From Gammaproteobacteria bacterium (GTDB lineage Bacteria; Pseudomonadota; Gammaproteobacteria; Steroidobacterales; JBCCMA01), in contig JBGCEL010000004.1 of NCBI GenBank assembly GCA_045106455.1, forward strand, positions 6,434 through 70,433: a stretch of DNA of 64,000 nucleotides, in the 5' to 3' direction. Both the position numbers and the translations under genes were made by a program. This document shows positions 1 through 9,492 of the stretch, piece by piece (position 1 is the first letter of the stretch; every line of letters starts with the position of its first letter). The notes under the pieces are model-generated. The model did no database searches, was not told where the DNA came from, and saw only the letters and a program-made list of their open reading frames with translations.

Positions 1-788
1 CTTGCCACTTTCGCCTTACTGCAGTCGCCGGATGGCAGCAGCTCAATGAGCTTCGCATGCGCTTGCGCCACAACATTGGCGCGATCAAGGCGCGCCAAGA
101 AATTCAGCACGGCCTCATCATTTTGTCGCGCCAGCTCCGCATTGGCCGCCGGCAATCTGGCATCCAGATCGTCTTGATCAAAGTAAATACAATTGCGTTG
201 CTGTGCAAAGTGCACATTGGGACCGAAGTATTGTTTATAAATTTCTTCGGTGCCCGGAATACTGGCGCAAATCAAATCCACGCGTGCCGGACAATAATCC
301 GGCCGGTACATAAATCGAATCAGCTTCACGACCGTCGCAATCTGGCCGTCAATCAATACTCTGGGCACCTCCGAATCCGATTTTTGCTGTTGCGCCGGAA
401 ACACCAATGCCGGTGTCATCCCCGTCTCGTCAATCGCCACCTCACCGGTGGTGGTAATGAATGAGTGATAGCGCACCCAGCGTTGGCAAAATGCTCGCAA
501 CGTGCTGCTCGACAAAAGAGCAAAGCCGAGTGCGTGAAATGTGGTCGGATGCACGAAATCGGAAAACCGCAAACCGAAGCCCGGATCTTCGGTCAACTTG
601 ATCGCATCAGCGACAATTTTCCAATGCACCGCCGGATCCAGCCGTGCCGTGGGGTCCTTCAGATACGTTAAGTCGACGCCCGCATCGCGCATCAACTTGG
701 CCGCATCGACGTTGTAAGACTCTAACGTCTGATAGATAGCCACGGCGATCGGGCCATAGGATGAGCTTTGATTCGTTGGACTTTCCAC
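1..788 (-). CDS. AraC-family transcriptional regulator, N-terminal ligand-binding half (3' end / HTH domain lies beyond the left window edge)
   Basis: Absent from the ORF track because it runs off the edge. The minus-strand frame is open from 788 to 1. Translation (V/M)ESPTNQSSSYGPIAVAIYQTLESYNVDAAKLMRDAGVDLTYLKDPTARLDPAVHWKIVADAIKLTEDPGFGLRFSDFVHPTTFHALGFALLSSSTLRAFCQRWVRYHSF... resembles the arabinose-binding-like N-domain of OruR/ArgR-type AraC regulators. GTG at 788-786 is the most N-terminal start candidate after the upstream in-frame stop. Confidence 0.7.
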   Translation of the reverse strand, partial: MESPTNQSSSYGPIAVAIYQTLESYNVDAAKLMRDAGVDLTYLKDPTARLDPAVHWKIVADAIKLTEDPGFGLRFSDFVHPTTFHALGFALLSSSTLRAFCQRWVRYHSFITTTGEVAIDETGMTPALVFPAQQQKSDSEVPRVLIDGQIATVVKLIRFMYRPDYCPARVDLICASIPGTEEIYKQYFGPNVHFAQQRNCIYFDQDDLDARLPAANAELARQNDEAVLNFLARLDRANVVAQAHAKLIELLPSGDCSKAKVA

Positions 789-1251
789 TGCGTGAGCATC
801 CTCATTGAGGTTCAGTCGAGTATATATCGATTCTATGGTTCTGCCGGTTTAGCTAACATAAGAATCTCACGAAGTGCGATCGCGCAATGGGATTCACCGG
901 GCAACGGTCGAAAACTCGCCAATATCAGACGCTGGAGCCGAGCTTTGGCCAGTAAAGCTGCAACAATCCGGACGGTGCGAGTCGCAGCAGCGTTCAGACA
1001 ATCGCTCCGCCCAATGCACTTCGGTCCAAACGTCAGAGTGCGCTGCGAGGAAATCTCTGCAGGTTCGCATCTGAACGCCATCAGGCCCGGCCGTCATTAA
1101 GAGCAAAACGTTTGCAAGTATGGAAATTTAGTAGTTCTATTTACGGGTTAGACAGCAATGGACGCGATACCTTTGATCTTCAGAACTCGCGTCGCGTTAG
1201 CTGTATTGATATTCTCAAACCAATGACTAAGTCAAACTGAAGTACAAAAAC

Positions 1252-2058
1252 ATGAATTTTAAATTACCCAACATCCACCAGGCCGGTATTGGCGTCGCTT
1301 CGTTGCTTTTAAGCATAAACGCCGCCGCCGAGATCGTCGAAATCGATTTTGATTCGCTGCCGACCGGGGCTTATTTTGCCGGCCAAACCGTTGCCGCCAA
1401 CAATTTCACCTCAATCTCGACCACCGCTACGTTTTTAATCGGGCCCTCCGGTTTTGGCGACGGTGCGGGGCTAATTACCATTTCAAGCTTTGGTGCCGGC
1501 GATACGATATTTACATTTGACACGCAACTGGTGACGATCAATTCGGTCACCTTCACCGGTCGCAGCAACAACGCACCGGTGAGCTTCACCGTGCGCAGTC
1601 CCCTTGGCGTGATCATCGGCTCAGAAGACACGGATGCAAACTGGACGCAATCGACCAATCTGTCGTTTGGCCAACCTATTGGCGAAATTTCGGTGGCCAT
1701 GCTCGAATCGGAAATTCGCTCCCTGACCATTGACGTTGAATCCAACACGATTGATACCGACGGCGACGGCATGCCCGACGACACCGACAACTGCGTGCTC
1801 GTGGAAAACCCCATGCAAGAAGATGGTGACGGGGACAGCTATGGCAACAGCTGCGACACCGATTTGAACAACGATTGCGCCGTCAACTTCACCGATTTGG
1901 GCGATCTGCGTACGGAGTTCTTTACCGCCGACCCTGTGGCCGATTTTAACAGTGACGGTGCCGTCAACTTCGCGGACCTGGGAATTATGCGCGATCAGTT
2001 CTTCGGCACGCCGGGACCGAGCGGCCTGACGGATGATTGTGACGCCCCGGGTCGATAA
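1252..2058 (+). CDS. secreted Ca-binding repeat protein (thrombospondin type-3-like repeats + dockerin/EF-hand-like pair)
   Basis: N-terminal signal peptide (GVASLLLSINAAAE). The C-terminal part has DTDGDGMPDDTDNCVLVENPMQEDGDGDSYGNSCDTD (TSP3-like) followed by NNDCAVNFTDLGDLR...NSDGAVNFADLGIMR (dockerin-like duplicated loop). Confidence 0.7.
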   Translation: MNFKLPNIHQAGIGVASLLLSINAAAEIVEIDFDSLPTGAYFAGQTVAANNFTSISTTATFLIGPSGFGDGAGLITISSFGAGDTIFTFDTQLVTINSVTFTGRSNNAPVSFTVRSPLGVIIGSEDTDANWTQSTNLSFGQPIGEISVAMLESEIRSLTIDVESNTIDTDGDGMPDDTDNCVLVENPMQEDGDGDSYGNSCDTDLNNDCAVNFTDLGDLRTEFFTADPVADFNSDGAVNFADLGIMRDQFFGTPGPSGLTDDCDAPGR

Positions 2059-2068
2059 ACGCGGTCTG

Positions 2069-2635
2069 TCACAGACTAATCGACGCATCCACAACGTAAC
2101 GCCACGGTCCGCCTGGCGCCACGGCATCAAATGGATAGCAGGTAATCAAGGTTAAGCGTGGCAGATCGGGCTGTAGTTCGAGCGGGTCTTCGTTGATATT
2201 GACCACGCGAATGTCCTCCACTTGGTAGGTGCGTGATACGCCGTTGAGGCCTTCCAGCTCAAACCGATCACCGCGCGCCACGCTTTGCAGAAAACCGAAA
2301 TGCGTATCGCGGTGGCCGCCGATGATGGTGTGACCCGCACTACCCGGCGTGGCACTCGCCAGCATGTGTCCAGGACCAAACGCCAACGCTTCACCCGACA
2401 CACCGGCAAGGACAACGTAGTCCTTGCCGTGATCCGGTGCCCGCAAACGCCCTACCGGCGCCGTATCGGCCCAGGACCATGGCACCACGCGTTCACCGTC
2501 GACCTGTGCAGCCTGCCAGGCGCGTTGAATTAGCCATTGGGCAAGATGCGCCTTGGCCGGAATGTACAAACCTGACGCCAGCAGACCGAGCCCTGCCAAC
2601 ATCAAAACGCCCATCACGCCACGCGAGAATTTCAC
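2069..2635 (-). CDS. class GN ('marine proteobacterial') sortase
   Basis: N-terminal TM segment (MGVLMLAGLGLLASGLYI). Sortase signature LTLITCYPFD (TLxTC) and a conserved HxxxGGHRDTHF region. Lies directly downstream of its typical VIT-vWA substrate. The track start 2710 overlaps the upstream gene by 79 nt. GTG at 2635 gives a GTGA stop/start overlap; ATG at 2614 is the alternative. Confidence 0.8.
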   Translation of the reverse strand: MKFSRGVMGVLMLAGLGLLASGLYIPAKAHLAQWLIQRAWQAAQVDGERVVPWSWADTAPVGRLRAPDHGKDYVVLAGVSGEALAFGPGHMLASATPGSAGHTIIGGHRDTHFGFLQSVARGDRFELEGLNGVSRTYQVEDIRVVNINEDPLELQPDLPRLTLITCYPFDAVAPGGPWRYVVDASISL

Positions 2636-4740
2636 GCCGCGCCTTTGCGCAGGCGTAACCCCAAAGCCATACACAACATTAAAACTCCCACCATGCTTTG
2701 CAGCCACCAACTTGTCGCAGTCCGCGGATACGGCACCTGACCACCGGCCGGGGCCACATTCGCAATTCGTTGTGTCCTTAGGCTCGCCTGCAGCGGCCGC
2801 ACCGGACGCTCATCGACCGCTACGAGACTCGTGTAGCGTGTGACTAACCCGTGCGCCAATGCCAGCGGCAACACGCGACCGCGCACGTCTGCAGTCGACT
2901 CGCCACGCGACAAACCGTCCATCAATGAGGCCACCTTGCTGCGCGCCCACAGTGTGGACACACCGCGGAAATTCTCCGCTCGGGTAAGCGGTAACACACG
3001 CTCCCACGGCTCGCCGGCCTGGCGTCCGGCAATCGTCAGAGTGTCCGGAAGATCCGCGAGACGCGCCGTCAACATGAGCGGCTCACTTTGATAGAGATCC
3101 GGCGTACGCTGTGGCCACACCTCAGGCCGCTCGCCGGGCCAGCGAATGTTTACATCCTTAAGGACGGGCGACTCGAGCTTTTGAAACAGCGCGGTCATCC
3201 TCTCGCTCACCTCGTGCACCGCCCCGATGTAACTGTACGTGCCGCGACCGCTCGCCGCGGCGTTACGCATGAAAAAGCTGTTGGGCGCCGAACCGATGCC
3301 CACAGTGAAAAGTCGGCTCTCACCTAATTTTTGCTCAATCAAGCCGAACAATTCGCGTTCATTGTCCACGGCACCGTCGGTAATAAACACCACTTGACGC
3401 AACCGTCCGGTGCTTGCCTGAGCATCGAGGGCGCGGCCCAACGCCGGCGCCATGTTGGTGCCGCCATCAGCCCGCATACGCGACAAGTAGCGCCGGGCGT
3501 CCGCGAGATTCGCAGGCGTAGCTGGACGCGCCGTGGCAAACAAACTGCCTAGATTGCTGTTGAATTCGATCAGATTGAAATAGTCGACATCGCCGAGCAG
3601 ATTCAGTGCCAGCCCCACGGCCTCGCGCGCCTGCTCAAAGCTGGCGCCAGCCATCGAGCCGGATGTGTCGATCACGATGATGGTCTCGCGCGCCAGTCGC
3701 GTCGCCTCGGCAGCACTTTGCGGCGGCATGAACATGACCAGCGCGTAGGTTTCGCCATCGCGCTCCTCGGTAAACACGGCCGCTCCGGGCTCGGCGCCAA
3801 CAGTCGGCACCCACTCAAGCAAAAAATCTCGCTCCATAGGAACCGCTACATCACGTAACACAACGTGCTGACGTCGACCGCTACGGTCCACATCAATATC
3901 ATGGGAAGTGCTGGTGACCGTGCTGAGCGGAAAACCGGCATTCAGTACAACACTGATCTGCGCGAGGCTCGGCGCGTCCATCGGGCTCGAGGGTCGGTCG
4001 CCATGGCCGGCCAACGCAGCATTGACGGTTAACGGACTGTTCGAGGGCAACATCCCGGCGCTCAGTTGATCGGGACTAAAGCGTGGCGTAATCGTTAATG
4101 GGAAACGCAGAGAAATGCGTCCGGAGTCGTAACGCAGTGTTTCAAGGTAGCTGATTTCCACCTGCACGGTATCGCGTGGTGCGATGTTCGCAACGGCGGT
4201 GCGAAACAAATTCGGTCGATCCTGTTCAATCAGACTCGCGCGATTGCCCTCGCGCCTGGCCCGCTCGTAAGTCTTCTTTGCCGCCCTTTTTTCCATGATC
4301 TGTCCGTCGATCACGCGCTCGCCCACTTTCATGCGCAGCGCATCCACAGCGGCATCTTCCGGCAACGGAAACGCAAACAGTCCTTCCACCCATTCGTCCG
4401 AGGGGTTCGCAAAGGACTGTGTGACCACTACGCGGGCCAGCAGACCGGTCACATCAATATCTACATTGGTGTCGAGACGCGCCGCTTCGATGTAGGTGCC
4501 CGACGCACCCGAACTCAGGAGCAAACTGCCCGTCTGTACGTCCGCAAGCCCCATGGTGCGGTGTTCGGTCGTCACCGTGGAATGGCGCCAAAAACCGCCC
4601 ATCAAGCTGCGCTTGGTCTCTGTACGAGATTGCACCAACTCGGGCTGAGGCGCCGCGATCACCTGGCCGGCGAGCGAGAATCCCGACGTAAAAAACAGCA
4701 ACTTGAGAAAGACCGCTCTGGCCCACACAGAACTTTGCAT
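2632..4740 (-). CDS. VIT + von Willebrand A domain protein, dedicated proteobacterial sortase target
   Basis: Signal peptide from M at 4740 (MQSSVWARAVFLKLLFFTSGFSLAGQVIAA; GGAG about 11 nt upstream). VIT-like N-region. vWA MIDAS motif VIDTSGSM. C-terminal sorting signal YPRTAT + hydrophobic helix + RLRKGAA. The track start 4824 is probably over-extended. Confidence 0.85.
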   Translation of the reverse strand: MQSSVWARAVFLKLLFFTSGFSLAGQVIAAPQPELVQSRTETKRSLMGGFWRHSTVTTEHRTMGLADVQTGSLLLSSGASGTYIEAARLDTNVDIDVTGLLARVVVTQSFANPSDEWVEGLFAFPLPEDAAVDALRMKVGERVIDGQIMEKRAAKKTYERARREGNRASLIEQDRPNLFRTAVANIAPRDTVQVEISYLETLRYDSGRISLRFPLTITPRFSPDQLSAGMLPSNSPLTVNAALAGHGDRPSSPMDAPSLAQISVVLNAGFPLSTVTSTSHDIDVDRSGRRQHVVLRDVAVPMERDFLLEWVPTVGAEPGAAVFTEERDGETYALVMFMPPQSAAEATRLARETIIVIDTSGSMAGASFEQAREAVGLALNLLGDVDYFNLIEFNSNLGSLFATARPATPANLADARRYLSRMRADGGTNMAPALGRALDAQASTGRLRQVVFITDGAVDNERELFGLIEQKLGESRLFTVGIGSAPNSFFMRNAAASGRGTYSYIGAVHEVSERMTALFQKLESPVLKDVNIRWPGERPEVWPQRTPDLYQSEPLMLTARLADLPDTLTIAGRQAGEPWERVLPLTRAENFRGVSTLWARSKVASLMDGLSRGESTADVRGRVLPLALAHGLVTRYTSLVAVDERPVRPLQASLRTQRIANVAPAGGQVPYPRTATSWWLQSMVGVLMLCMALGLRLRKGAA

Positions 4741-4844
4741 TGGGAATGACTCCACAGTTTCGGCAGTGGTGTTCATTTGGCGGGATAAAATGGCGTCCGA
4801 CGTGTCGCCATTGCGGCGATTCAAGGATCAAATGTGGCAGAAGT

Positions 4845-5426
4845 ATGGCCATCTCTTTTTTTGGTAAGGTGGAGCGCACGCACCTCTTTTTATTGGATCA
4901 GTACTCCGTGAAACAGCGACTTATCTTTGCAGTGCGAACGACGTTGACCACAACGATGCTCGGTCTTTTGCTTTTGAGTTCTGCTCAAACAACGGCTGAC
5001 AATGCAGCGACGGACGACAATCTGCACGCACTGGTCTCCTGGACAAAGACCCTCGCCAGCGCCAAACAAAGCCAGGCACCAATCGTCGTTTTATTGGAAC
5101 AGCGTCACTGTGCTTTTTGTCAGCGTCTGAAACGAGATCTGATTCGCCCGCTTGCCAACGACCCGACGTATCGCGACCGCGCAATTTTTGTATCGGTTCT
5201 TACGGACATCGATGCCGGACTGATTGAAAAAGACGGCACCGAAGTCTCGGGCTTTGAATTCTCCGATCAGCTTAGGTCAAGCACCACTCCAACCGTCCTG
5301 TTTTTGGATAGTGCAGGCAATGAACTGCAAAAGCGCATCGTTGGGTACAAGGCAAGTGCCAGCTATACCGAATCTCTCAAAAAGAAAATTGAAGAGTCCA
5401 TCGCGGCGGTGCAGTCACAACACTGA
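4845..5426 (+). CDS. thioredoxin-fold protein (CxxC), exported
   Basis: HCAFCQRL CxxC motif in a thioredoxin-like context (VVLLEQRHCAFC...TPTVLFLDSAGNE). Hydrophobic signal MLGLLLLSSAQTTA. The start is uncertain (ATG 4845 or the downstream GTG/ATG). The track start 4740 would overlap the divergent gene. Confidence 0.6.
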   Translation: MAISFFGKVERTHLFLLDQYSVKQRLIFAVRTTLTTTMLGLLLLSSAQTTADNAATDDNLHALVSWTKTLASAKQSQAPIVVLLEQRHCAFCQRLKRDLIRPLANDPTYRDRAIFVSVLTDIDAGLIEKDGTEVSGFEFSDQLRSSTTPTVLFLDSAGNELQKRIVGYKASASYTESLKKKIEESIAAVQSQH

Positions 5427-5430
5427 CGTT

Positions 5431-6288
5431 TTAGGACGGTGTTTCGTCCGGTTCAATATGCACCGAAACATCGGTCACGCTGAAGCGCTCTTCCAATCGT
5501 GCTTCGATCGCATCTGCAATCGCGTGTGCTTCGCGGGTGGCGAGCATCGGCGCTACGGCAACAATCAGATCGACGCTGCGCCGATCCCCTTGCCATCGGG
5601 AGCGCACCCGCCGCACCTCGCGCACACCCTCCACCGAGCCCACACTTTCTTCCAGCAACTGTGTGTCCACCGATCGTTCATCCACCAGCACCGGCACCAC
5701 ACGCCGGAACAGTTGAACGGCGAGGTACAACACCACGCCACCAACGAAAACGGCGCATAGTGAATCCAGCCATGGCCAACCTCGCGCCGAGAGTTGCCAG
5801 CCGATAATCACGCCCACGGTTGTCAGTACATCGGTGAAGGTGTGACTGGCATCGGCATGCAAAATACTCGAATCAAGTCGGCGCGCCCACAGACGTTGCC
5901 AGCTTGCCAGGCCAATGTTGATGGCGAGCACACCGAGCATGAACAAAAGCCCCAGCGGTGAAGCATCGATGTCCGGCGCCTCACGACGAAACGCGTGCAA
6001 CACCAACTCGATCGCCAGCACGGTGAGAAGCGTGGCCAGAAAAAATACCGCCAGCGTTTCAAACTTTCGATGGCCGTAGGGATGTTCAGCGTCCGGCGGT
6101 GCAGCGCTCGCCCGCACCACGACCCAGGCGATGATGTTGTTGACAACATCCATTAGGGAATGCATCGCATCGGCCATGATGGCCAGCGAGCCGGTAAACA
6201 AGCCAACCAAAACTTTGACCAACAGAATAACCACGTTGGCGGCGCCCTCCACCACCAGTACGCGCTTTACCTGTTGATCGCGCTGCAC
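5431..6288 (-). CDS. cation diffusion facilitator (CDF) family metal efflux transporter
   Basis: Typical CDF N-terminus (GAANVVILLVKVLVGLFTGSLAIMADAMHSLMDVV), six predicted TM helices, HADASHTFTD motif, and a C-terminal cytoplasmic domain ending HIEPDE. Confidence 0.85.
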   Translation of the reverse strand: MQRDQQVKRVLVVEGAANVVILLVKVLVGLFTGSLAIMADAMHSLMDVVNNIIAWVVVRASAAPPDAEHPYGHRKFETLAVFFLATLLTVLAIELVLHAFRREAPDIDASPLGLLFMLGVLAINIGLASWQRLWARRLDSSILHADASHTFTDVLTTVGVIIGWQLSARGWPWLDSLCAVFVGGVVLYLAVQLFRRVVPVLVDERSVDTQLLEESVGSVEGVREVRRVRSRWQGDRRSVDLIVAVAPMLATREAHAIADAIEARLEERFSVTDVSVHIEPDETPS

Positions 6289-6348
6289 ACTATCGATCTT
6301 CTCTCACTCCCTGCGCTTCACCCCGCGCTATACACGCATTGAACGACG

Positions 6349-7632
6349 CTACATCAATCGACCCAGAGGCTCGTCGAGCGATACCGGCGGTTCAGTAAAC
6401 CACTGCGGCCCCTTCTCGGTCATGTACAGACAGTCTTCAAGGCGCACGCCAAACTCGCCAAAGATATAGATTCCCGGCTCATTGGAAAAACACATACCCG
6501 GTGCCAACGGTGTCTTCTCGCCGTGCACAAAATTGACGCGCTCGTGACCATCCATACCAATGCCGTGTCCGGTGCGATGACTTAAGCCCGGCGTCTTGTA
6601 ACCCGGTCCATAGCCCTTTGCTTCGTAGTATTTGCGCACCGCGTCGTCCACTTTCCCGGCCTCGGTCCCAAGCGTCGCCGTTTCAAACGCAATTTCCTGG
6701 CCGTTGCGCACCGTGTTCCACACATCGCGCTGCCTTTTGCTCGGCTCGCCGTAAACGAACGTGCGTGAGATATCCGACTGATAGCCCTCCACCGAGCAGC
6801 CGCAGTCCATCAGCACAATGCCGCCCTCGGTAATTTGCTGGGTTTGACCGGTGCCGTGCGGGTACGCACTGGCAGGACCAAATAACGCCAAACCCCAGAC
6901 ACCACTGCCACCGAGCTGAGTCTGCGCGGTGTTCATTAGGGCCTTGACGTCCTCGTGGGTCATGCCCTTGTCGAGCTTTTTGTATACGTACTCATACGCC
7001 CGCATCGTGACATCACTGGCGATTTTCATAAGCTCAATTTCAGCGGCCGATTTGTACATTCGACAGCCCTGCGTAACCGGCGTAGCCGACGCGACCTTAA
7101 ACGACGACGCGGCACGGCCCAGTCCGTCCGCCACGAAATAGCGCACCGTCTCCTCCAGCCCAATGGTGCCGCTGCGAATACCTCGGTCGTGCAAAATACC
7201 CCGTACGCGTTCGAACGGGTCATCGTGTTCATTCCAGGTACGAATGTCTTCACCGAAGGTCATGGACTCACGCACGCTGGGCTCTTCGAAATACGGCGTC
7301 ACGATGCCAATGTCCCCGCTGCGCGGTATCACCACGGCGGTGAGCCGCTCGCTGCGCCACCAGCTGATGCCGGTGAAATAGAGCATCGCCGAACCCGGCT
7401 CCAGTACGATGGCCGCCAAATCGTGTTCAGCCATCAGCGCCTGGGCTCGCTTTACACGCGTCAGTCGCTCTGCCACAGAGATGGGTTTAGCGCTGCCGAT
7501 AACAGACTCCAGCGCTTCTTTGGGCGGTTTCCGATGACCTGAATGGGCGCCTGCACCAACCGTTGAGAGTGTTGCCGCGCCCGCCATACCCGTACCGACC
7601 GCTTTTAGAAAATTGCGTTTGTTCAAGGCCAT
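6349..7632 (-). CDS. M24-family metallopeptidase (Xaa-Pro dipeptidase/creatinase-like), Tat-exported
   Basis: Start re-picked at ATG 7632 (GAGGAA SD just upstream). It gives MALNKRNFLKAVGTGMAGAATLSTVGAGA, a twin-arginine-type (KR variant) signal. Pita-bread fold motifs: VLMDCG, HRTGHGIGMDGHE, SNEPGIY, RLED. Confidence 0.85.
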   Translation of the reverse strand: MALNKRNFLKAVGTGMAGAATLSTVGAGAHSGHRKPPKEALESVIGSAKPISVAERLTRVKRAQALMAEHDLAAIVLEPGSAMLYFTGISWWRSERLTAVVIPRSGDIGIVTPYFEEPSVRESMTFGEDIRTWNEHDDPFERVRGILHDRGIRSGTIGLEETVRYFVADGLGRAASSFKVASATPVTQGCRMYKSAAEIELMKIASDVTMRAYEYVYKKLDKGMTHEDVKALMNTAQTQLGGSGVWGLALFGPASAYPHGTGQTQQITEGGIVLMDCGCSVEGYQSDISRTFVYGEPSKRQRDVWNTVRNGQEIAFETATLGTEAGKVDDAVRKYYEAKGYGPGYKTPGLSHRTGHGIGMDGHERVNFVHGEKTPLAPGMCFSNEPGIYIFGEFGVRLEDCLYMTEKGPQWFTEPPVSLDEPLGRLM

Positions 7633-7872
7633 TTCCTCATTTTTTCTTGATGCTGAGCATCCCACACATCCCGGCCCTTGGCCATTGGCGACGCACAGCT
7701 CCAACCAGAACACGGTGGCTCACCAACGCCAAACACCGCGCCTCATTGCAATGCAAAGTGCCATGGGCGATGCACTAAATCTGATCGCTCAAAGCGTCGA
7801 ATTATCTTCCCTTCCACGTCAGAATCAAACGTCACTTTACAACCGCCACTGCGGGCTACGGATGGACACGTC

Positions 7873-8775
7873 ATGGCAACACGCATACAGCGTAAACACC
7901 TGTCGCTGCGCGGCTTGCGAACGTTCACAAGGGCGGCGCACCATTTGAGTTTCCGCACAACAGCGGACGAGCTGTTCATTACGGCGTCGGCGGTCAGCCA
8001 CCAAATCAAGTCGCTCGAACAGGAAGTTGGCGCGCCGTTGTTTCACCGCGACCACCGCGCGATCGCACTCACCGATGCTGGCAGCGCACTTTATGATGAC
8101 GTGCGCGATCTAGTCGAGCAGCTCGACAGTATTACATCGGCGTATCGAGACGGTGGATTTCGGCGCGCCCTGCGTCTCTCGGTACAGCCCTATTTCGCAA
8201 GCGAAGTGTTGTTGCCGAATCTGGCGTCTTTTACTGACGATCACCCGGCGATCGATCTGCATTTGGATACCAACGACGAACAACCCCATCGGCACCCGGG
8301 CGGTGCGGACGCCTCCGTACGCATCTTTGATCGTGCGCCCGAGGGGCTTGTCTCCGATGCGTTTTACCCACTGCGACTGGTTCCGGCCTGTACACCGGCT
8401 GTGCTCCGCCGTCTCTCGTCGGTTGCCAAACCGCTAACCGCTGCGTTCCCGATGATCGTGCACAGTCAGCGACGTCAGGACTGGGATCAGTGGGCTGCTA
8501 CAGCCGGCATAGCCTTGCACACGCCTACCAGACTGATCGAGCTCAACTCCATGGTCACAGTCGTCAATGCCGCCTGCCAGGGTATCGGCGTTGCACTAAT
8601 ACCCATGCCACTAAGCGAAAGACTCTTCGCCGACGGTACGTTGGTGCGAGCCCACGCGAACGAGTACGCCACGCCTGATCGCTACTACTTCGTGAGCAGC
8701 GAGGCCGCCTCGCGCACCAAAGCCGTGCGTGCGCTGCGGACATGGGTATTAAAAACGTTCGCGCGCGTCGCCTGA
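7873..8775 (+). CDS. LysR-family transcriptional regulator (GcvA/AmpR-like)
   Basis: Start re-picked at ATG 7873. The N-terminal HTH is LSLRGLRTFTRAAHHLSFRTTADELFITASAVSHQIKSLE. LysR substrate-binding domain follows. Divergent from the M24 peptidase gene. Confidence 0.85.
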   Translation: MATRIQRKHLSLRGLRTFTRAAHHLSFRTTADELFITASAVSHQIKSLEQEVGAPLFHRDHRAIALTDAGSALYDDVRDLVEQLDSITSAYRDGGFRRALRLSVQPYFASEVLLPNLASFTDDHPAIDLHLDTNDEQPHRHPGGADASVRIFDRAPEGLVSDAFYPLRLVPACTPAVLRRLSSVAKPLTAAFPMIVHSQRRQDWDQWAATAGIALHTPTRLIELNSMVTVVNAACQGIGVALIPMPLSERLFADGTLVRAHANEYATPDRYYFVSSEAASRTKAVRALRTWVLKTFARVA

Positions 8776-8871
8776 ATTTTTTTCACCTTAAGCGTTATTT
8801 ATTCCCGGTTGTTGACAGCGTCCGCTCTGAATAGATTTGGGGCGTGACCACATAAATCGGGAGATCGCATC

Positions 8872-9393
8872 ATGAATCACAAATTTAATACGTTCCTTTC
8901 ACTGTTCGCCCTCGCTGCCGCCTCCAACAGCGCGCTTGCTCAAGAAGACCTCTATCAAACTTTGGTGTTCGAAGGCGGCGCTCAGAGCGCCGAATTGATA
9001 CGAGGTGATGCTGAGGAAGCCGTCGCGCAGTTGACGGGAAAATTCCCTGAGGGGCGTTCCATATTCTCGGTCCAGAACAACTTGTGCGTTGCTTACATCG
9101 CGTTGAAAGACGTCGAGGCCGCAACCAAGTCATGCGACACCGCGGTGCGGGCCAGCCGGCGCCAACTCTCTGTTACAGAGGTGTTTGTTAGCCATTCATG
9201 GCACACCCGCCGCGCTATCGCGCTGACGAACCGCGGGGTACTTGCCGCGCTAAGAGGCCAGACCGAAGCGGCTACCGCCGACTTCCAAAAAGCGGGTCGG
9301 CTTGATAGTTCGCTGAGTGGGCCGCGCGCCAATCTGCAACGCCTGCTGGCCAAAACAGAACTCGCACAGACGGTCGCCCGGCATACCGAGTAG
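8872..9393 (+). CDS. small secreted helical-repeat (TPR-like) protein, function unknown
   Basis: Clear signal peptide MNHKFNTFLSLFALAAASNSALAQ. Alanine-rich helical repeats (NNLCVAYIALKDVEAATKSCDTAV..., NRGVLAALRGQTEAATADFQKAG). Confidence 0.5.
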   Translation: MNHKFNTFLSLFALAAASNSALAQEDLYQTLVFEGGAQSAELIRGDAEEAVAQLTGKFPEGRSIFSVQNNLCVAYIALKDVEAATKSCDTAVRASRRQLSVTEVFVSHSWHTRRAIALTNRGVLAALRGQTEAATADFQKAGRLDSSLSGPRANLQRLLAKTELAQTVARHTE

Positions 9394-9444
9394 ACGTTAC
9401 TCGTTAATCAGGTAACACGCCCACACCGGGTATTTACACCGCTC

Positions 9445-9479
9445 GCGTCACCCGCGCCCTGCGCGGCGACGGGTGACGC
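9445..9479. terminator. GC-rich hairpin between convergent genes (possible bidirectional terminator)
   Basis: Perfect 10-bp inverted repeat gcgtcacccg (9445-9454) / cgggtgacgc (9470-9479) with a 15-nt GC-rich loop. No clear U-tract on either side. Confidence 0.4.
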
Positions 9480-9492
9480 TTGCGGCCACGGA

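Noticed and set aside
4740-4844. Thioredoxin-fold gene as part of the sortase operon
   Set aside because: It is divergently transcribed from the sortase target. I know of no established functional link. It is reported only as a neighbouring gene.
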